From the IMG/VR virus record IMGVR_UViG_3300009506_000099, positions 1 to 48,307 of that record: a stretch of DNA of 48,307 bases; one strand, given 5' to 3'. A program made the translations under genes and the position numbers. Origin of the DNA: a virus. Position 1 is the first letter of the stretch. Every line of letters begins with the position of its first letter. This document shows positions 43,741 through 48,307 of this stretch, piece after piece. Below the pieces are notes generated by a model, which did not search any database, was not told the origin of the DNA, and worked only from the letters and a program-made list of their open reading frames with translations.

Positions 43741-43776
43741 ATGAGAAAAGAAAAGGCCTCCCCGAAGGAAGGCCTT
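43741..43776 (-). terminator. Rho-independent terminator after 43791..44099
   Basis: AAGGCCT(CC)...(GG)AAGGCCTT stem, followed on the minus strand by TTCTTTTCTC. Confidence 0.65.
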
Positions 43777-43790
43777 CTCTCTTCTTTCTA

Positions 43791-44099
43791 TTAGTGGTCG
43801 AGTCTATCGTTTACGACAGCCTTGCTCACCCTCCAGATGCTTGCCTCGAAGCCGGCACTTCTGAGCTGGTCCAGTTCAAACATCGCCCTTTCAATCTTCC
43901 TCTCTTCGATGTCATCCTTGCTGACCTTGAAGGACTTGACGACCAGGAACAAATTGAGGTCGTTAGGCGAGACAATTCTCACCTCGATGGACGTGTACTC
44001 AACGGGGTCCTGGATTTCCACGAATCTCATGGTTCTCTCCTTTACCAAGGTTGTCAAAAAGCGAGAATGTTGCCTGACAACTGGGTTCCGGGAAGTCAT
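43791..44099 (-). CDS. Hypothetical early protein (102 aa)
   Basis: ORF followed by the terminator at 43753..43776. Confidence 0.55.
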   Translation of the reverse strand: MTSRNPVVRQHSRFLTTLVKERTMRFVEIQDPVEYTSIEVRIVSPNDLNLFLVVKSFKVSKDDIEERKIERAMFELDQLRSAGFEASIWRVSKAVVNDRLDH

Positions 44100-44105
44100 C
44101 CTACC

Positions 44106-44447
44106 TTACTTCGAGAGTTTGTAGTTGGTGCAAGTGGCACCGGTTGACTCGAGCTGGGCGATCTGCTGAGCCGTGAACTCGACTCCACCCAGGTCCATAA
44201 TGGTGATTCCACCCTTGGCCCCGTACTTGTAGGCCTCGAGGTATGCCTTGGCCGCTTCTGCGGTCTTCTGCTCCCTCATGCCAGGGGCGACCTTCACCTT
44301 CCAGTCATGCCAAGCCAGCGCCGAAACGTCCGTCTTGGGGTCCATGACCATTTGAGTCCAGAGCTCATCCTCCACATCTTTCGGCTCAGGATGCGAGAAC
44401 TCAGCACTCCACCCCCATTTTGGGGAAGTCACTGTGAACGTAGCCAT
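44106..44447 (-). CDS. Early protein, paralog B (113 aa)
   Basis: First gene of the minus arm and a homolog of 42023..42385. Its AGGTGG RBS lies in the 3' arm of a CCACCT/AGGTGG hairpin. Confidence 0.6.
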   Translation of the reverse strand: MATFTVTSPKWGWSAEFSHPEPKDVEDELWTQMVMDPKTDVSALAWHDWKVKVAPGMREQKTAEAAKAYLEAYKYGAKGGITIMDLGGVEFTAQQIAQLESTGATCTNYKLSK

Positions 44448-44511
44448 GTTGTTCCACCTTTCCAGGTGGACGGCTTCCCGGAACCCAGATTGTCAAACAA
44501 CACATTCGACC

Positions 44512-44598
44512 CCAACATGGTGCAAATAACGTGCCAACCAACATGGCCGGATTTCTTGGGGAATCCAACATGGGGAATGACATCTTGTCCCAACATGG
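44512..44598. repeat. Iteron-like array: four CCAACATGG mini-palindromes at 25-27 bp spacing
   Basis: Copies at 44512, 44538, 44565 and 44590. The fourth extends to TCCCAACATGGGA. Degenerate copies follow (ccacatatggg, ccatgccatgtggg). Confidence 0.8.
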
Positions 44599-44762
44599 GA
44601 CACCACATATGGGACAAGTTGTCCATGCCATGTGGGACCGAACAGATACCGAAAGGCCTTGATTCAACCCCGGGGGGTCCCCCCAAGGCGACGCCACCAC
44701 CAGAATAGCTCTCCGAGAATTTCTAGAATTTTGAAAAGTTATCCCTCTTGTTTAGAATAAGG

Positions 44763-44790
44763 ATTATCCCGAAGATGTTTCACCGTTCAA
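44763..44790 (-). promoter_or_regulatory. Candidate leftward promoter: TTGAAC, 16-nt spacer, GATAAT
   Basis: The minus strand reads TTGAACggtgaaacatcttcggGATAAT. The -35 and spacer lie inside the parS-like site. It implies a leader of about 300 nt. Confidence 0.4.
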
Positions 44791-44791
44791 C
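44777..44791. promoter_or_regulatory. parS/OB-like site GTTTCAC-C-GTTCAAC overlapping a leftward promoter
   Basis: It lies in the divergent control region. On the minus strand it supplies the TTGAAC -35 hexamer. Confidence 0.55.
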
Positions 44792-44904
44792 AAGTTTATA
44801 TTACTCTCTTCCTTATATTAGATTTCATTATCCAGAAAGGGACTATATAGGGAGACTCGTCCCTCGTTCTCGATGCTCTCCCCGATTCTCGATGAGGTTC
44901 GGGG

Positions 44905-44933
44905 TTGTATTCTGGCGAGAGTCGTTGTATAAT
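44905..44933 (+). promoter_or_regulatory. Candidate rightward promoter: TTGTAT, 17-nt spacer, TATAAT
   Basis: The plus strand reads TTGTATtctggcgagagtcgttgTATAAT, about 45 nt upstream of the ATG at 44977. Confidence 0.5.
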
Positions 44934-44976
44934 ATAGTGGAGGGTTGTATCCCTTTCCCCTTTCCAAAAGAAGAGA

Positions 44977-45498
44977 ATGAGTCGAGATCTCTTACCCACG
45001 CTCTCTCCAGAGAAGAGCTATCAACCTGAGAAGTGGACATCTCTTCACAGATATATGGTTCTCCTTGAGATAGCTGGGAAGAAACCTAAAGAGATCGCAG
45101 AGATCGTAGATATGTCGATCTCTAGGGTTTCAGTTATCCTCGGTGACCGCCGAGCAGAGATCGAACGGCTCTCCCTTGCAGAAAAACTCTCCGATCAGAT
45201 TACAGATATCCATACCAAGCTTCAACTCTATGCTCACGAGGCTCTCGAAACTGTTATTGATGAGATGAGAGCCCCGGAGAATAAGAGTGAACTTAGAGTG
45301 AAGGTAGGTTTCGGGATCCTCGATAGGGCAGGCTTTACCCCTGTTCAGAAGCAGGTAGTAGCTCATGCAGAGATTCCTGTAGAGATTGCTGAGAGAATGG
45401 AGATTGTCGCCTCAGAACTCAAGGAGAATAGGCCAGTTTATGAGAAGGTAAAGCCGAAGATTGACGAAGCTGAGTTCGAGGTTATGGAAGATGACTGA
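44977..45498 (+). CDS. HTH protein, small terminase subunit candidate
   Basis: 173 aa directly upstream of, and overlapping, the large terminase gene. KKPKEIAEIVDMSISRVSVILGD resembles a sigma-region-4/LuxR-type HTH. Confidence 0.5.
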   Translation: MSRDLLPTLSPEKSYQPEKWTSLHRYMVLLEIAGKKPKEIAEIVDMSISRVSVILGDRRAEIERLSLAEKLSDQITDIHTKLQLYAHEALETVIDEMRAPENKSELRVKVGFGILDRAGFTPVQKQVVAHAEIPVEIAERMEIVASELKENRPVYEKVKPKIDEAEFEVMEDD

Positions 45499-47200
45499 TC
45501 TCGACCTTGGTATGCTCGTCGAGGAGGTCTTTGAGCCCTCAGAGATTGAGAATCTACCATCTCTAAAGGGTTTGAAGAAGGCTCACGGCGATCTTACTGA
45601 GTCTCTTAGGCAGGGAATCCGCTCTCAGGCCCTCAAAAGTACCTATTTCCTAGCAAAAGTAGTCCTTGGATACACGAAACTCAACATCCGAGTCCACCTT
45701 CCGATGTGTGAGTTCATAGATCAGACAGAAGCCTACACTCGTAGGATGGCTCTGATGCCTAGGACTCACTTCAAGACGACTATTTGGACCATAGCTCACT
45801 CAATTAAGCTCGTCTGTAACAATCCGAATATAAGAATCCTCATGATAGCGGACACTGGGACTAACGCCAGCCGCTTTATGCAGGAAATCCAGCAGCACTT
45901 CGAGTTCAATGAAGTATTTCGATGGGTTTTCCAGGAGATTATCCCAGATAACTTCACAAAAACGCGTTGGAGCCAATATGAGATGGTCGTTAAGAGGTCT
46001 CTCATTGCCCGTGAGCCGACGATCGACGCTATTGGCGCACTGGGAGGCTCAGAATCTAGGCACTACGATTGGATCAAGGCGGATGACCTCGTTACTGAGA
46101 AGTGTATTCGCTCGGATGTGGAGATGGATAAGGTAATCCATTGGTCAGGGGGCCTCGAGAGCCTTCTCATCAATCAAAAAGGGGATCATATTGACTTTGT
46201 GGGGTCAAGAAAGAAGAAGGGAGATCTGTACGAGCACCAGGAGAAGATGTATAGCCTAGGGATGGAGAAAGTCGACATCGGACCCCATGCTTATGCGATA
46301 GGAGAGATGGCCGTCTTCACCCGTTCAGCGATTGAAGAAGGAGAAGTTATATTTCCTGAGCAGATCTCCCTTCGTTTCCTCATTCGTCTCCGTAAGACTG
46401 ATCCTCAACGCTACCACGCTCAGTATGCTAACTCCCCCAAAGGTACAGGTCTCAATACTTTCGATGTAAGGGATCTACGTTACTATACCTTTGATGGAGC
46501 TGGGAATATAATCTGTGTCCACAATAAAGATGTACTCCTCGAGGTATCACCATGGAGCCTTGACCGTATAGTTCTCTTCGATCCCTCGGTTGCCGAGAAG
46601 CAGGCTAACTCTCAACAGGCGATCATTGTAGTTGCTAAAGGCTCAGGGCCTTTTCGTATAGTGCTCGAGACTCACATTGGTCACTTTCTTCCAGATGAGG
46701 CCATTAAGCTACTTTTCGATATGGATAAGAAGTGGCATCCGTCAGTCGTCTCTATTGAGAAGAGAGGATTTCAGGGTTGGGTTAAGTATGGTCTCTCGGA
46801 GATTGCAGACCTTAAGGGAATCCCTTATCCTCCTATAGTCGAGTGGCCCCTAGAGGGAGCCTCGAACTCTCAGTGGAGTAAGGTCGAGCACATCAGAGCT
46901 ATGCAACCTATGATTAGGGCCAATTACCTTTGGGTACATGAGACTCAAGTGGATCTTATTGATCTCGTTGAATTCTATCCAAATGTGAGGTGGGATGATG
47001 GACTTGATGCTCTAGCCCAGGCGATGGACTACTGGCCTATGATGATGGATGAGCAAGAGGTTCAAGCTAAGAAGAGAGCTGAGGACGAGTTCCTCATGAA
47101 GAGTTTCCTCGGCTATTCTCCTCCTGAGGATAGCTGGGATGAGAGGGAGTTCCTCCGCTCATTCGATTATACAGGTTATAATCAGATATATGAAGCATAG
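45491..47200 (+). CDS. terL: Terminase large subunit
   Basis: MPRTHFKTT is Walker A-like, as in Terminase_6. DWIKADDL is Walker B-like. IVLFDPSVAEK opens an RNaseH-like nuclease domain. The track start is TTG 45461; ATG 45491 gives an ATGACTGA overlap with the upstream stop. Confidence 0.85.
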   Translation: MTDLDLGMLVEEVFEPSEIENLPSLKGLKKAHGDLTESLRQGIRSQALKSTYFLAKVVLGYTKLNIRVHLPMCEFIDQTEAYTRRMALMPRTHFKTTIWTIAHSIKLVCNNPNIRILMIADTGTNASRFMQEIQQHFEFNEVFRWVFQEIIPDNFTKTRWSQYEMVVKRSLIAREPTIDAIGALGGSESRHYDWIKADDLVTEKCIRSDVEMDKVIHWSGGLESLLINQKGDHIDFVGSRKKKGDLYEHQEKMYSLGMEKVDIGPHAYAIGEMAVFTRSAIEEGEVIFPEQISLRFLIRLRKTDPQRYHAQYANSPKGTGLNTFDVRDLRYYTFDGAGNIICVHNKDVLLEVSPWSLDRIVLFDPSVAEKQANSQQAIIVVAKGSGPFRIVLETHIGHFLPDEAIKLLFDMDKKWHPSVVSIEKRGFQGWVKYGLSEIADLKGIPYPPIVEWPLEGASNSQWSKVEHIRAMQPMIRANYLWVHETQVDLIDLVEFYPNVRWDDGLDALAQAMDYWPMMMDEQEVQAKKRAEDEFLMKSFLGYSPPEDSWDEREFLRSFDYTGYNQIYEA

Positions 47201-47202
47201 AT

Positions 47203-47217
47203 GTTTTACGGTGAAAC
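47203..47217. promoter_or_regulatory. parS/OB-like site GTTTTAC-G-GTGAAAC
   Basis: It starts 3 nt after the terL stop codon, upstream of the small basic gene. Confidence 0.55.
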
Positions 47218-47229
47218 AAGGGGGTCGAA

Positions 47230-47373
47230 GTGCCTGTTAGGAAGAGCGGAGGAGGATATAAGTGGGGAAGCAAGGGAAAGCTGTATAAAGGGAAAGGAGC
47301 GAAGAAGAAAGCGGCTAGGCAAGGAAGAGCGATCAAGGCCTCTCAAACAAGAAGGAGGAAAGGGAGGAGATGA
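47230..47373 (+). CDS. Small highly basic protein (47 aa), absent from the ORF track
   Basis: GTG start after AAGGGGG. Translation: MPVRKSGGGYKWGSKGKLYKGKGAKKKAARQGRAIKASQTRRRKGRR. ATGA overlap with the next gene. It competes with track ORF 47201..47398. Confidence 0.45.
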   Translation: MPVRKSGGGYKWGSKGKLYKGKGAKKKAARQGRAIKASQTRRRKGRR

Positions 47374-47684
47374 ACTCTCGGTACTACTCAAACTATGATA
47401 CCCTAGCTGTTGCCGCTACGCCGCAACGGTTAGCAGCTGGGGCAGAATCTACCACCTTCAAAGCCAGGGTAGGGAAGATCATCATCCTCTCTGTTTCTCA
47501 TGATGCTTACATTGCTAAGACATCAGCTCTTGTCAGTGCGGCGGCAGGGGGTGATGAGGATGATCGTATTCTCATTCAAGCCAATCAGCATATGGTTGAG
47601 ATTCCCTGGTTCTCCAACGATGTGTTCTTTCTCAACGCTCAGGCGGCTGAGACACCTACAATCTCCGTAATTGGGATTCCTTAA
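47370..47684 (+). CDS. Hypothetical virion-module protein (104 aa)
   Basis: GGGAGGAG RBS upstream. Confidence 0.55.
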   Translation: MNSRYYSNYDTLAVAATPQRLAAGAESTTFKARVGKIIILSVSHDAYIAKTSALVSAAAGGDEDDRILIQANQHMVEIPWFSNDVFFLNAQAAETPTISVIGIP

Positions 47685-47695
47685 AGGAGGAAAGG

Positions 47696-48304
47696 ATGTA
47701 CGAAGAGTTTGATCCTAGAGTTCCGCCTGGCGTGGACTCAATGGAGATGCTCCATCAGATGGCGAAGGACAATAGAGGTAAAGGTCCTTTCCGTCTGAGA
47801 GGGGCATTTCAGTTCGATCTGTATAGGCATGGATATCACATTGATAGGTGGTATCAGCCTAATATCGTTACTCAAGAAGGCCTAGAGTATGCTCTAGGTG
47901 TTGCTCTTATCAGTACCACTCAGATCACTGCTTGGTATATCCTCTTGAAGGATAATACCAATGATCCAGTTGATGGTACTGAGACATACGCCACACCTCT
48001 GTTCGTTGAAATCGCTGATTATGATGAGACGATCAGAGAAGCTTGGACTGGTGGTGCTATCTCTGGTACCACAACGAAGAGTGTGTCGAACTCTGGGACT
48101 CCTGCCGAGTTCACGATTAGCACGACTGTAACGATCTATGGTGCTGGACTTGTTGGTGGTGGGACTGCGCCATCGACCAAGAGTGATACCTCTGGAGGTG
48201 GTACTCTCCTTTGTGTATCGAACTTCGCATCATCGAAGCCTCTCGTGGATAACGATACGCTTCAGGTGACCTACACCAACACCACTCAGGATGATGGTGC
48301 TTAA
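47696..48304 (+). CDS. Hypothetical structural protein (202 aa)
   Basis: AAGGAGGAAAGG RBS upstream. Its 3' end is duplicated at 1..141 because of the terminal overlap. Confidence 0.6.
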   Translation: MYEEFDPRVPPGVDSMEMLHQMAKDNRGKGPFRLRGAFQFDLYRHGYHIDRWYQPNIVTQEGLEYALGVALISTTQITAWYILLKDNTNDPVDGTETYATPLFVEIADYDETIREAWTGGAISGTTTKSVSNSGTPAEFTISTTVTIYGAGLVGGGTAPSTKSDTSGGGTLLCVSNFASSKPLVDNDTLQVTYTNTTQDDGA

Positions 48305-48307
48305 TCA
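48164..48307. repeat. Terminal overlap, copy B (identical to 1..144)
   Basis: Same 144-nt string as the window start. It contains the 3' end and stop codon of CDS 47696..48304. Confidence 0.9.

Noticed and set aside
44491-44496. TTGACA -35 hexamer 44 nt upstream of the paralog B start
   Set aside because: The position 17 nt downstream reads CCGTCC, so there is no -10. It was therefore not called as a promoter.
44307-44708. Three overlapping track ORFs (133 aa plus strand, 99 aa and 85 aa minus strand) over the CCAACATGG array
   Set aside because: All three frames are open because the region is GC-rich and repetitive. They overlap the start of the real gene at 44447 or run antisense to it, lack an SD, and have odd Trp/Cys/Pro/Met-rich composition. 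A small CxxC peptide cannot be fully excluded.
44640-44720. Possible tRNA or small structured RNA (GGGGGGTCCCCCC, TTGATTCAA)
   Set aside because: No cloverleaf with a T-loop or anticodon arm could be built by eye. The G6-T-C6 palindrome has no loop. It is left as unexplained sequence within the control region.
47201-47398. 65-aa track ORF starting right after terL
   Set aside because: It begins inside the parS-like site without an SD and overlaps the next gene by 29 nt. The alternative 47-aa frame (47230..47373) has an SD and an ATGA junction.

Overview
The window looks like a complete tailed dsDNA phage genome. Bases 1..144 are identical to 48164..48307, so the unique length is about 48,163 bp, either circularly closed or carrying a short terminal repeat. 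Two divergent gene arms leave a non-coding control region at about 43.4-45.0 kb and converge at about 25.9 kb. The plus-strand arm (44977 across the junction to 25920) encodes an HTH small-terminase candidate, large terminase, several glycan-binding tail proteins, portal, scaffold, decoration-like and major capsid proteins, two paralogous neck proteins, a BNR/Asp-box propeller, a holin plus M15 endolysin cassette, a GNAT acetyltransferase and a trio of 200/467/1473-aa internal-virion-like proteins. I see no tape measure, so the layout is podovirus-like. The minus-strand arm (44447 down to 25892) carries many small early genes behind near-consensus sigma70-type promoters, a GC-rich island, two tandem sulfotransferase-like genes, a Cas4-like nuclease / Sak4-like ATPase / DUF669 recombination module, a GroES-like protein, a ParB(HTH)-methyltransferase fusion, a UDG-like::PolA fusion, an RHH protein and a DUF3987-type P-loop helicase. 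I found no tRNA, CRISPR array, integrase, RNA polymerase or recognisable primase. The most interesting signal is a set of eight parS/KorB-operator-like 15-bp palindromes (GTTTCAC-S-GTGAAAC) spread around the genome, mostly at gene or module boundaries, together with the phage's own ParB-HTH::DNA-methyltransferase fusion. Other notable items are a 995-aa tail protein with 29 copies of an unfamiliar xDGIKWGD repeat, the sulfotransferase pair, a structured origin-like region containing an A21 tract, and a palindromic iteron array. All functional calls come from motif recognition by eye; no database search was run.
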